Origin: an uncultured Myxococcales bacterium
Lineage (GTDB): Bacteria; Myxococcota_A; UBA9042; DTJE01
Assembly (NCBI GenBank): GCA_937975765.1
Contig: CALJUR010000121.1
Location: 92,296-156,295 of the forward strand
Reading direction: 5' to 3'
DNA length: 64,000 bases
Below are positions 1 to 8,531 of this stretch, piece after piece. Under the pieces are notes generated by a model, which did not search any database, had not been told where the DNA came from, and was given only the letters and a program-made list of their open reading frames with translations. Each line of letters begins with the position of its first letter. Positions within the stretch are counted from its first letter, which is position 1. The translations under genes and the position numbers were made by a program.

Positions 1-243
1 TCGTTCCTGAAGACCTTCATCCCGAAGGCCGGCATTCCCCAGGGCCTGACGCTGTCGTCCAGCGGCCTGCTGTCCGGGTCCGTGACCGATACATCGCTGG
101 TGTTCGAGTTGAAGGTGCCGATCGTCAACTACACGCTGACGGGGTTCTTCTTCATGGCGCAGGTGTCGGACTCGCAGGACCCGGCGGACACCGACAGCGC
201 GATCTTCCTGATCCCGACCATCCCCGTGAACCTGGGCTTCTGA
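1..243 (+). CDS. 3' end of a hypothetical protein; the gene starts upstream of the window and ends in ...PTIPVNLGF
   Basis: Frame 1 is open from base 1 to a TGA at 241-243. There is no recognisable family. The C-terminal aromatic residue weakly suggests a secreted or outer-membrane protein. Confidence 0.35.
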   Translation, partial: SFLKTFIPKAGIPQGLTLSSSGLLSGSVTDTSLVFELKVPIVNYTLTGFFFMAQVSDSQDPADTDSAIFLIPTIPVNLGF

Positions 244-264
244 CGCGCCCGTCCGGCCGTCCTT

Positions 265-1293
265 TCACCCCGCCTTCGCGATCGCGCGGTCCACCAGGAC
301 TCGGACCATCTGCCCGAACGGGATGCCCGCGACCGCCGCCGCCTTCGGGAACAGCGAGACCTCGGTCAGGCCGGGGATGGTGTTCGTCTCCAGCACCCAG
401 GGGCCCTGGTCGTCGACGATGAAGTCCGTGCGCGAGAAGCCGGACAGCGCCAGGGCGCGGTGGGCGGCGATTCCCAGGCGCGAGACCTCGCGGGCGACGG
501 CATCGGGAACGGGGGCCGGGCACACCTCCTCGGACAGGCGGGGGTCGTACTTCGATTCGTAGTCGAAGAAGGCGTGGGACTTCACGACGATCTCGATGAC
601 CGGCAGGGCCCGCGGCTCGCCGGTGACGGGATCCTCCAGGACGGGCACGGTCAGTTCGCGCCCCTGCCGGAACGCCTCGACCAGCACCCGGCCATCCCGG
701 CCGGCGCACGCCTCGGCCGCGGTGCCCAGGTCCCCGGCGCAGCGCACGATCTGCACGCCGAACGACGACCCCTCGCGGCTGGCCTTGACCACGCACGGCA
801 GGCCCAGCCGCTCGATCACGCCCCGCTCCCAGCCCGGGGCGACGCGGTCCGAAGCGTGCAGGATCACGCCGTCCGGGGTGGGAATGCCTTCCGCGGCATA
901 GACGGACTTCGTGAACCACTTGTCGATGGCGACCGCCGAACCGATGACGTCGGCGCCCACGTGGGGCAGGTGCAGCCAGTCGCAAAGGGCCTGCACCCGC
1001 CCGTCCTCGCCGGACAGGCCGTGCATCGCGATGAACGCGGCGACGGGCTGCGCCGCCTCGATGCGGGCCACGGCCTCGGCCAGGCCGACGGCGCCTTCCG
1101 CGCGCGAAGGGGCCTCGGGGGGCGGGAACGCAAAGCGCCCGTCGCGGGTCACCAGCACGGGCAGCGGGACGAAGCCCTCGCCCGGCAGGGCCCGGACCAC
1201 GGCTGCACCGGATCGCAGCGAGACGTCGTGCTCGCGCGAGGCTCCACCGAGGAACACCACGACGCAGGGACGATCGGGAAGGGGCTGGGACAT
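265..1293 (-). CDS. ddl: D-alanine--D-alanine ligase
   Basis: The C-terminal 343 aa of the 761-aa ORF (MSQPLPDRPCVVVFLGGASREHDVSLRSG...ATP-grasp...NTIPGLTEVSLFPK) is a full-length Ddl. An ATG at 1293 sits 6 nt after a GGAGG. Everything upstream in the same frame is a spurious high-GC extension. Confidence 0.9.
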   Translation of the reverse strand: MSQPLPDRPCVVVFLGGASREHDVSLRSGAAVVRALPGEGFVPLPVLVTRDGRFAFPPPEAPSRAEGAVGLAEAVARIEAAQPVAAFIAMHGLSGEDGRVQALCDWLHLPHVGADVIGSAVAIDKWFTKSVYAAEGIPTPDGVILHASDRVAPGWERGVIERLGLPCVVKASREGSSFGVQIVRCAGDLGTAAEACAGRDGRVLVEAFRQGRELTVPVLEDPVTGEPRALPVIEIVVKSHAFFDYESKYDPRLSEEVCPAPVPDAVAREVSRLGIAAHRALALSGFSRTDFIVDDQGPWVLETNTIPGLTEVSLFPKAAAVAGIPFGQMVRVLVDRAIAKAG

Positions 1294-1427
1294 CGGGAAC
1301 CTCCGGCATGGCCGCGGGCGAAAAAGCCCAGGCCGATAGACGTCCCCGTACGATAGCCCGATCGGTGCCCGGCGGGGTAGGCGGCGCCGGATGCGGGCAG
1401 GGGCAGGCGGGGGACGAGGCCCCCGTC

Positions 1428-2678
1428 CTACAGGGAGGGGCGGGTCGCGACGACCCGGCCGCGCTTGACGACCGCGACCGGCATCGCGCCGCCGTAGGTA
1501 TAGAAGGGCCCTCGAGGATCGTCCCCGGGCCAGACCGCGAGGTCCCCCTGGTATCCCGCAGCCAGTCGCCCCACCCGGTCCTCCAGGTCCAGCGCCGCGG
1601 CGGCACAGGTGGTGACGGCCGCCCAGGCGTCGGCCAGCGCCAACCCCAGGAAGGCCATCGCGAAGGTGCCCATCAGCGCCAGGTCCCGGGTCACCGACGA
1701 CCCGGGATTGTAGTCGGTCGATACCGCGACCTTCACGCCCGCCGCGCGCAGCGGGCGCGCGTCCGGGAACCGCGTGCGCCCCAGGCTGACCATGCACCCC
1801 GGCAGCAGGACCCCGACGGTGCCCGCGGCCGCCATCCGCGGCAGGGCCTCGGCGGGAGCGTGGTCCAGGTGGTCGGCAGACACCGCGCCGACCTCTGCGG
1901 CCAGGGACGAACCGCCGGACGACGACAACTGGTCCGCGTGCACCTTGGGCTTCAGCCCGTGCTCCAGCCCGGCACGAAGGACCCGTTGGGCCTCGTCGCG
2001 CGTGAAGGCCACCGTCTCGCAGAACACGTCGCAGAACCTCGCCAGGCCCGCCTCCGCGACGGCCGGCACCCATTCCTCGGCGATGGCCCGCACGAAGGCC
2101 TCGCGGTCGTGGCGGGCCTCGGGCGGGAGGGCATGGGCGCCCAGGAAGGTCGGCACCAGGTCGGCCGGCGTCTCGGCCTGCAGATCCCGCACCGCCTCCA
2201 GGATCTTCCGTTCGGTGGGCAGGTCCAGGCCGTACCCGGACTTCACCTCGATCGTCGTGACCCCGCGGGCCAGGAAGTCCTGCACCCGCGGCAGCGCCAG
2301 TTCGACCAGTTGCTGCCGGGACGCGGCCCGGGTGGCCAGGACCGTCCGCTGGATGCCGCCTCCCCGCCGGGCGATGTCCTCGTAGGACACCCCGGCGGCC
2401 CGCGCCTCGAACTCGTCCGATCGCGAGCCCGCGAAGACCAGGTGCGTGTGGCACTCCACCAGGCCCGGCGTCACCAGGCCTCCGCCGGCATCCAGGACGG
2501 GCAGTCCACGCACCGCCTCGGCATCGACCTCCCCCGAGGGTCCGACCCACTCCACCTGGCCGTCCCGGATCACGACCGCCGAGTCCCGGATCCCGTCGGC
2601 CTCCGCGCCCGGCACCAGCGTCAGCACCCGGCCCGCATTGCGGACCAGCAGCGATCCCGTGTTCGTGGGCTGGGACAT
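1428..2678 (-). CDS. hutI: imidazolonepropionase-like amidohydrolase (HutI family)
   Basis: It has the HTHL metal-binding motif, a KPKVHADQ segment and the DYNPGSS motif typical of HutI. The start is taken at MSQPTNTG, where GAGGTGG sits 5 nt upstream. Confidence 0.75.
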   Translation of the reverse strand: MSQPTNTGSLLVRNAGRVLTLVPGAEADGIRDSAVVIRDGQVEWVGPSGEVDAEAVRGLPVLDAGGGLVTPGLVECHTHLVFAGSRSDEFEARAAGVSYEDIARRGGGIQRTVLATRAASRQQLVELALPRVQDFLARGVTTIEVKSGYGLDLPTERKILEAVRDLQAETPADLVPTFLGAHALPPEARHDREAFVRAIAEEWVPAVAEAGLARFCDVFCETVAFTRDEAQRVLRAGLEHGLKPKVHADQLSSSGGSSLAAEVGAVSADHLDHAPAEALPRMAAAGTVGVLLPGCMVSLGRTRFPDARPLRAAGVKVAVSTDYNPGSSVTRDLALMGTFAMAFLGLALADAWAAVTTCAAAALDLEDRVGRLAAGYQGDLAVWPGDDPRGPFYTYGGAMPVAVVKRGRVVATRPSL

Positions 2679-2703
2679 CCGGCCACCTCGCGAGGGAGGG
2701 AGG

Positions 2704-3219
2704 TCAGGGGTGGGACGGCGCGATGGGCCGGGCACCGGCCTTGATGCGCGCCTTCGCCTGCTCGATCCAGGAACGGGTGGTGTCGGGGTCGGGCAGCTTG
2801 CCCAGGATCTCGACCTTCCGGTTCGTCTCCTTGATCAGGTCGGCCAGGGCGGCCGGTTCCTGGCGCGCCAGGGCGGCCAGGTTCTTCACACCCGCCGTGG
2901 TCAGCACCCGGGCGACCTTCGGGCCGATGCCGTCGACCCACAGCAGGTCGCACAGGTCGTGCAGGTCGCGCAGGCGGTCCTGCGCCAGGCCGGACCGGCG
3001 GGCCGTCGCCTTCACCTTGGCCGGGGTGCGGGTCGCATCCCACAGGTCCTGGGTGGTGAAGACCTTCATCGATGCCAGGCGCGCGACAGCCGCCTCCTCG
3101 ACCAGTTCGATGGAGGACAGGTCGTAGTGGCCGGCACGTGCCGGCGAGGCCGCCAGCAGGAGGCCGATCGGGACCAGCAGGAACGGGAGGCGCGCAAGGG
3201 TCGCGACGGGCTGGCGCAT
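2704..3219 (-). CDS. secreted DUF4332-like helix-hairpin-helix protein
   Basis: There is an N-terminal signal peptide (LLVPIGLLLAASPARA). The C-terminal HhH-like region (VDGIGPKVARVLTTAGVKNLAALA) resembles DUF4332. Confidence 0.5.
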   Translation of the reverse strand: MRQPVATLARLPFLLVPIGLLLAASPARAGHYDLSSIELVEEAAVARLASMKVFTTQDLWDATRTPAKVKATARRSGLAQDRLRDLHDLCDLLWVDGIGPKVARVLTTAGVKNLAALARQEPAALADLIKETNRKVEILGKLPDPDTTRSWIEQAKARIKAGARPIAPSHP

Positions 3220-3248
3220 CGGCAGGCTCCGGCGAATCCCCGGGGAGG

Positions 3249-3941
3249 CTACAGGCCGCGGCCGGCCTCGGGCAGGAAGAAGGAGACGCCCAGCAGAACG
3301 GTCGGGTTCTGGGTGAACGTGGCGTCCTTCTTCGCCTTGGTCTCACGCCGCAGGACCATGTAGTCGTTCACGTCGAGGTTGATGGACAGCCACTTGATCG
3401 GGAAGTACCGGAATCCGCCGCCGACCAGCACCGCCGGGCTGACCGACGAGGGCGGTTTGTCCCAGTCCAGATAGCGGATCGTCGCGATGCCGACGCCGAT
3501 GTTCACGTGGAAGTCCACGTATCCAAGGTACTTCCCGCCCAGCACCAGCTTGCCGGCCAGAGGCGTGATCGACGTCTTGGCCAGCGCCAGCAAGCCCAGG
3601 GCCGAACGCGCCAGCTTGCTGGTGCTTTCGTCCTCGGTCCGGCGGCCTTCCTGCTCGATGTTCTCGGTCAGGGCGGTCTTGAACGACACGCCACCGTAGC
3701 CGATCTCCAGGCCGGCCGTGATCCAGTCCGTGAAGTGGTACTGGTATCCGGCCTGGAACACCATGTCGGTGCTGTAGGCCTTGCCCACCGTGAACCCGAT
3801 CGGGTTGACCGAGATCTCGTGGCGGGCCTTGCGCATGAGCGTCTGGTGGCGCACCGAGGGAGCGTCCGCCAGGCTGCCCATCTTGGCCTGGGCCTCGGCC
3901 GAAAAGGCCAGCAGCAACAGGACGAGAGCAAAGCGCTTCAT
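3249..3941 (-). CDS. outer-membrane beta-barrel protein (paralog A)
   Basis: It has a signal peptide (MKRFALVLLLLAFSAEAQA) and alternating amphipathic beta-strands with Gly/Tyr-rich turns. GAGAGGGG lies 8 nt upstream of the ATG. Confidence 0.6.
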   Translation of the reverse strand: MKRFALVLLLLAFSAEAQAKMGSLADAPSVRHQTLMRKARHEISVNPIGFTVGKAYSTDMVFQAGYQYHFTDWITAGLEIGYGGVSFKTALTENIEQEGRRTEDESTSKLARSALGLLALAKTSITPLAGKLVLGGKYLGYVDFHVNIGVGIATIRYLDWDKPPSSVSPAVLVGGGFRYFPIKWLSINLDVNDYMVLRRETKAKKDATFTQNPTVLLGVSFFLPEAGRGL

Positions 3942-3955
3942 GGCGGGTGCCCCTC

Positions 3956-4660
3956 TCACTTCGGGTACTTGTAGCGATGGCTGGGAGGCACGAACACGGC
4001 GATCCCGGCCGTGAAGACCACGTTGTTCATGAACTTGTCGTCATGGGCGTAGTTCTCCATGAACATGTAGTCGCGAACCTCGAGGTTCGACGCCAGCCAC
4101 TCCAGCCACTGGAACCGGACGCCCAGGCCGAAGTTGCCCGATCCGTGCCAGTTGCCCCACAGGGTCTTCTGTGCGCCGCCGCCGGCGATCAGGTACATGT
4201 CCCAGAACACGGGCCGGCCGAGGCTGCCGAACCACAGCAGCTTGCCCTGGATCGGCGAGTAGGTGAGGTGCCCGCCGACGTAGAAATCCATCGGGCGCTC
4301 CTCGGGGTACACCTGGTAGTTTTCGCCGATGTCCTTCTTGTGATCGGGCACGCCATGCGGGTATTCGACCCCGAACCACTTGATGTAGTCCAGGCCGATG
4401 GCCCACTGGTCGTCGATGTGCACCCGCAGTTGCACGCCGGCGCCCAGGTGGCGACTGAGGGACTCGTTCAGCGGGATGTTGAAGGTGGGTTCCAGTTCGA
4501 AGCGCACCCCCTTCACGAAGGGCTTCTGCTGGAGGACCCGGACGTACTTCTCGCTGTCCGCCGGCGATGTCTCGTCGGCCTTGGCGGTCTGGGCGCGCGC
4601 CTGGGCGGCCACGAAGACCACCAGGAGGAACGCCAGCGACCCGACAACCCTGCTCTTCAT
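3956..4660 (-). CDS. outer-membrane beta-barrel protein (paralog B)
   Basis: It has a signal peptide (MKSRVVGSLAFLLVVFVAAQARA) and shares the strand pattern and motifs of the downstream paralog, for example GGGFRYFP versus GLGVRFQW. Only 14 nt separate it from paralog A. Confidence 0.6.
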   Translation of the reverse strand: MKSRVVGSLAFLLVVFVAAQARAQTAKADETSPADSEKYVRVLQQKPFVKGVRFELEPTFNIPLNESLSRHLGAGVQLRVHIDDQWAIGLDYIKWFGVEYPHGVPDHKKDIGENYQVYPEERPMDFYVGGHLTYSPIQGKLLWFGSLGRPVFWDMYLIAGGGAQKTLWGNWHGSGNFGLGVRFQWLEWLASNLEVRDYMFMENYAHDDKFMNNVVFTAGIAVFVPPSHRYKYPK

Positions 4661-4863
4661 GCGGCCCTCTTCCGATGGGGGGCCCGCCGTGCGGCAGGCG
4701 CCCACAACCCCTCGAATCCGCGCGTTCTCCGGCTCGTGTCCGGGCATGTCGCAAGGTCCGATGCGCCGACTTTACCTGCGAACCCGGGATACGTCAACAC
4801 AAAGCGGGCGGAAACCGCGACGGGGAATCGGGGGGAGTCCGGGGAGGGAACGTGGGGATCCGG

Positions 4864-6396
4864 TCACTGGACGGAGATCGGGACGGTGACCGAGATTACC
4901 TCGCCCTTGAAGCGGCGGAACGACGTCGAGCGCAACGTCGCCTCGATGCAGCCCTGGGCGCCGGCCGTGCCGGCGGCGTTGACCGACGTCACCTGGCCGG
5001 AGGGGCTGATCGTGATGCGCGGGTTCGCGCGGAACGGCAGGGCCAGGCCCGCGGTGCGGACACACCCTTGCAAAGCCGCCTGCTTCTTGCGCAGCGTCGC
5101 CTGGATCTCGACCGACGACAGGGGCGTCAGGCCCTCGTCACCGCCCGCGGCGGCGGCGGCGGCCGGCGTGCCGCCGGCCTTGGCCTCGCGGCCCTTGCTC
5201 AGCGCGGCCAACAGCGCATTGGCATCGTCGGAGGCCGGGGCCTTGGCGGCCGGGGCCGGGGCCGGGGCAGGAGCCGGCGCTGCGGCAGGGGCCGCGGGCT
5301 TCTCGGCAGGCTTCTTCGCCTGGCCGGAAGGCTCCCTCGGCTTCTCGGGTGCCTTGGCGGGGGCGGGGGCGGGCGCGGCGGTGACCGCGGGGGCCTCGGC
5401 GGCGGGGGCCGGCGACGCGGCAGGCGCGGGGGCCGGGGCAGGGACCGGCGCGGGGGCCGGGGCCGGCGCCGCGGTCGGGGCCGCGGGGACGGTCGCCGGC
5501 GGCTTCTCGCCCTCCGGGTGCGAGACCAGCAGCCCGACGGCCACGCCGATGACCGCGATGGCGGCCACGCCGGCCACGCCCAGCAGCAGGTTCCTGCGCT
5601 GCTTCTTGCGCTGGGCCAGCGCCTCCGCGACGTGCCGGATCTCCCCCTCGTCCAGGGAGATCACGCCGACGCGGGACGGGGGCGCCTTCGCCGCGGCAGG
5701 TGCGGCAGCCGGGGCCGGGGTCGCCGTGGCATCGATCGGCGCCAGCGACACGGGCGCCTCGACCGGCTGGATCGCGGGCTGGCTTCGGGTGCCCTTGCGG
5801 GACTTGTAGTCGTCCAGCGAGAACAGGACCGAAGTCTCCTTGCGCTGGAAGATCATCGGCTCGACGGGAGAGGGGGTGTGCTCGGCCGCCTCGCCGGCCT
5901 CCTCGGAAGGACGGGGCGACCCGGCCGGTTCGGCCGCCGGCTTGTTCGAGACGTCCTCGTAACTCATCAACTGCGTCGCCTCGGCGACCTCGCCGGCGGC
6001 AGTGGAAACCTGGAAATCGTCGATCTCGCCCAGGCGGGTCCAACCCGCAAACCCCTTGCGCCACGCCAGGTTGTCCGCGGTGACCTCGCCCGAGGCCAGC
6101 TTGGCCCGCACGTCATCCGGCGTGAAGGGTCCCTGGCGCTCGTTGCCGGCCGCCAGGTACCACTTGACCACTTCGACCGCGGGCGCGGCAGCGGTCGCCG
6201 CGGGAACGGGCGCCGGCGCGGACGCCTCGGCGGCAGGCTCGGCCGGGGCGACCGGGGCCGCAGGAGCCGGGGCGGCCGCGCCAACCTCGATCACGTTGCC
6301 GCAACTCTTGCACTTGACCTTGACCGAGCCCCCGGCCGGCACGCGGTTGTTCGGCAACTTGTAGGAGGCGTTGCACTTCGGGCACTGGACCTTCAT
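4864..6396 (-). CDS. MJ0042-type zinc-ribbon / GYF-like (DUF4339) / AgmX-PglI C-terminal domain membrane protein
   Basis: The N-terminus has the zinc ribbon CPKC...CKSCG. A DUF4339 segment follows (KWYLAAGNERQGPFT...NLAWRKGFAGWTRLGEI). Long Ala/Pro-rich repeats flank a single transmembrane helix. The C-terminal two-Cys domain (ALQGCVRT...AQGCIEATL...GEVISVTVPISVQ) is typical of AgmX/PglI. GGAGG lies 7 nt before the ATG. Confidence 0.7.
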   Translation of the reverse strand: MKVQCPKCNASYKLPNNRVPAGGSVKVKCKSCGNVIEVGAAAPAPAAPVAPAEPAAEASAPAPVPAATAAAPAVEVVKWYLAAGNERQGPFTPDDVRAKLASGEVTADNLAWRKGFAGWTRLGEIDDFQVSTAAGEVAEATQLMSYEDVSNKPAAEPAGSPRPSEEAGEAAEHTPSPVEPMIFQRKETSVLFSLDDYKSRKGTRSQPAIQPVEAPVSLAPIDATATPAPAAAPAAAKAPPSRVGVISLDEGEIRHVAEALAQRKKQRRNLLLGVAGVAAIAVIGVAVGLLVSHPEGEKPPATVPAAPTAAPAPAPAPVPAPAPAPAASPAPAAEAPAVTAAPAPAPAKAPEKPREPSGQAKKPAEKPAAPAAAPAPAPAPAPAAKAPASDDANALLAALSKGREAKAGGTPAAAAAAGGDEGLTPLSSVEIQATLRKKQAALQGCVRTAGLALPFRANPRITISPSGQVTSVNAAGTAGAQGCIEATLRSTSFRRFKGEVISVTVPISVQ

Positions 6397-6441
6397 CTTC
6401 CGTCCTCCGCAGTCCGGCGGCGTACGACCTGCGCCGGGGGT

Positions 6442-8415
6442 TCATTCCCGGGCCGTAGTATAGACCAAACGCATTGCAAGCAAAGCGACGATCCCGAGGA
6501 AGAGCCATGCCGGCACGAAAGACGCTGGCAAGGCCGTCCCCTGCACGCAGCCCCCCCCGTGCCCTCCGCCGGTTTCCGGGCCCGGGTCCGCCAGCATCCC
6601 TTCATCGGCGGCCGCATCCTGGACCGGCTTCGCCTGTTCGCAGTGGAACGACCCGTTGCAGAAGTAGCCCGTCGCGCACTCCGGGCAGCGGCCGCCGCAC
6701 CCGTCGGCACCGCATCGGCCCGGCGGGCAGTAGGGGGTGCACGTGCCGGGGTCGCTCCCCGGCTCCCCGGCGTCCGGGCCGATCGCCACGTCGTCTTCCC
6801 CGGGGACCTCCTGGGCGGGCTCGTCGACCTCCGCGGGGGCATCGGGACCGGCCGTCTCCCGGACGTCCGGGTCCGTCGCGTCCGTGCCGGTCGCATCGGG
6901 CTGGACCACGTCCCCGGAGGCCTCCGGGATCGTCCCGACGCAGGTCCCCGCGCCGTCGCACGCGGTCCCCGACGGGCACTGGCCGCACAGGCTGCCGCAG
7001 CCGTCGTCGCCGCACTCGCGCCCATCGCATGCCGGCGTGCAGGGCTTCACGATGACCCCGCACTCGTTCAGCGGGCACAGCCACTCCGGGCCGTGGCAGT
7101 CCGCCGAATCCGTGCAGTCGCCGACGAACCCTCCCGCCGCGGCGACGCATGTCCCGCCCGAGCACGACCCGTCCGGCACCCACGCCGCGAACGCCCCGGC
7201 GGGAATCGCCCGGGACACGCAGTGCATCGCGCCGCCCCAGGAGATGATCTCGTCCGATACGATGCCGACGTGCGTCCAGTCCGGCATCGCCTCCTTCCAC
7301 ACGGCCGTCGCCTCGTCCTGGTACTCCGGGTAGTCCGCGTACACCGGGAACAGGTTCACGCCGTTCGCGAACGTGGAGTTCGTGTACGTCCGCCAGACGC
7401 CGTCGTTCTGGTAGGGCATCGGGATGCGGTGGACCGTCAGCCGCGACCCGTCGGCCAACACCTCTCCCTTGAGGAGGTCGGCGTTGCTGTCCAGGTCCCT
7501 CCAGGTCTGGCGCGAGGACCGGGAGTCGTCCGACTGCCCCACCACGTACACGTTCGGCGCGACGTGCTTCGAAAACATGTCGATGTGGCCGGTCCCGTCG
7601 TCCTCGGGGATCAGCACGATCAGTTTCCGGCATCCCAGGTGCACCCGGAAGACCTCCTCGACCTCGGCCTGGGTCTTGTCCGGGTTGTCATTGAAGACCA
7701 CCTGGGACGCGAAGCACGTGCCCTTGCCGTCGGTCGAGAAGTTGCCGCCCTCGAGGTACAGCGGCGCGCGGTAGGTCGTCACGCCCCACCGGTTGCCCAG
7801 CAGCGTGGGCACCGCGTCGTCGGACGGCCGATCGGGGTAGTACCGGAAGTCCGAGAACGCGACGGTCCCCGACGGTTCGACCAGCGGGAACGGCCCGAAG
7901 TCGATCATCCAGATCGAGTCGGCGGAGTACGTCAGGAAATGCACCTTCGAATCGATCGTCGCCTGGGCCACGCCGCGGCTCTTCAGGCGCTGCACGAAAT
8001 CGCTGCTGGTGGCCCGGTCCGGCACCAGCATCGTGAACTCCACCGTGTCCACGCCGTACCGGACCATGTCCAGGAGCGAGTTCCCGACGGCCTGGTACCA
8101 GGAGTCGAAGCCGGTGTACGACAGCAGGATGGTCTGCATCGGCTCCCACTCGACGAACGCCCGGAAGCCCGCCTTCGAGGGCGGCACGGTGATCGCATAC
8201 AGTTCCGGGTGCTGGGCTCGGTAGGTCGCGTCGGGGTCGGCGGCCGCCGGGGACCGGAAGGTCTTCGTCTTCCAGGCGGGCAGCATCCGGCGGGTCGTCC
8301 CGGCCGGGTTCGCTGCGGCCGGCGCCGGGCTCCCCGACGGCCCGCCACCGGGCTCGCCGCAGGCCGTCCCCAGCGCCAGGGCCACCGCGATCGCCACCCG
8401 ATGGAAGTCCCGCAC
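6442..8415 (-). CDS. surface lipoprotein of the agmatine deiminase / Porphyromonas-type peptidyl-arginine deiminase family with Myxococcus-type Cys-rich repeats and a C-terminal sorting tail
   Basis: The catalytic fold motifs are present (EWEP, TGHIDMF, and GGAMHCVS matching the AguA GGNIHC Cys nucleophile). Two CxxCx...CxDGCG..C repeats follow (CTPACDGRECGDDGCGSLCGQC and CTPYCPPGRCGADGCGGRCPEC). The tail is GGGHGGGCVQG plus a hydrophobic helix ending MRLVYTTARE. The start is taken as a GTG at 8415 (VRDFHRVAIAVALALGTAC lipobox) and is uncertain. Confidence 0.65.
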   Translation of the reverse strand: MRDFHRVAIAVALALGTACGEPGGGPSGSPAPAAANPAGTTRRMLPAWKTKTFRSPAAADPDATYRAQHPELYAITVPPSKAGFRAFVEWEPMQTILLSYTGFDSWYQAVGNSLLDMVRYGVDTVEFTMLVPDRATSSDFVQRLKSRGVAQATIDSKVHFLTYSADSIWMIDFGPFPLVEPSGTVAFSDFRYYPDRPSDDAVPTLLGNRWGVTTYRAPLYLEGGNFSTDGKGTCFASQVVFNDNPDKTQAEVEEVFRVHLGCRKLIVLIPEDDGTGHIDMFSKHVAPNVYVVGQSDDSRSSRQTWRDLDSNADLLKGEVLADGSRLTVHRIPMPYQNDGVWRTYTNSTFANGVNLFPVYADYPEYQDEATAVWKEAMPDWTHVGIVSDEIISWGGAMHCVSRAIPAGAFAAWVPDGSCSGGTCVAAAGGFVGDCTDSADCHGPEWLCPLNECGVIVKPCTPACDGRECGDDGCGSLCGQCPSGTACDGAGTCVGTIPEASGDVVQPDATGTDATDPDVRETAGPDAPAEVDEPAQEVPGEDDVAIGPDAGEPGSDPGTCTPYCPPGRCGADGCGGRCPECATGYFCNGSFHCEQAKPVQDAAADEGMLADPGPETGGGHGGGCVQGTALPASFVPAWLFLGIVALLAMRLVYTTARE

Positions 8416-8531
8416 GTCGCGCCTCGCCCTGCTGGAAGTACCGTCCGGCCCGGCCGGAACGGGACGCGGAAGTATAGGTGCCCGCGCACGAAAAGGGAAC
8501 CGGCGCGCGGGGAGGGAGGACCCGGCGGGGA

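Noticed and set aside
265-2550. The 761-aa ORF and the 484-aa ORF (152-1606) at the left end
   Set aside because: Only the ddl portion (265-1293) has homology and a Shine-Dalgarno/ATG. The upstream extension overlaps hutI in another frame and is Gly/Arg-rich. The 484-aa ORF is an out-of-frame Arg/Pro-rich artefact.
5240-5480. Short GCC/CCG-rich nucleotide repeats (Ala-Pro codon repeats), and the DPG repeats at 35005-35100, considered as possible CRISPR or mobile-element repeats
   Set aside because: They are in-frame coding repeats producing APAPAP and DPGxxDPG low-complexity linkers inside ORFs. There is no spacer-repeat regularity. No CRISPR array, transposase or integrase is visible in the window.
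8220-8230. Exact classification of the deiminase C-terminal tail as MYXO-CTERM
   Set aside because: The tail has the Gly/Cys-rich segment and hydrophobic helix but ends ...MRLVYTTARE rather than an Arg cluster. It is described only as a MYXO-CTERM-like putative sorting signal.
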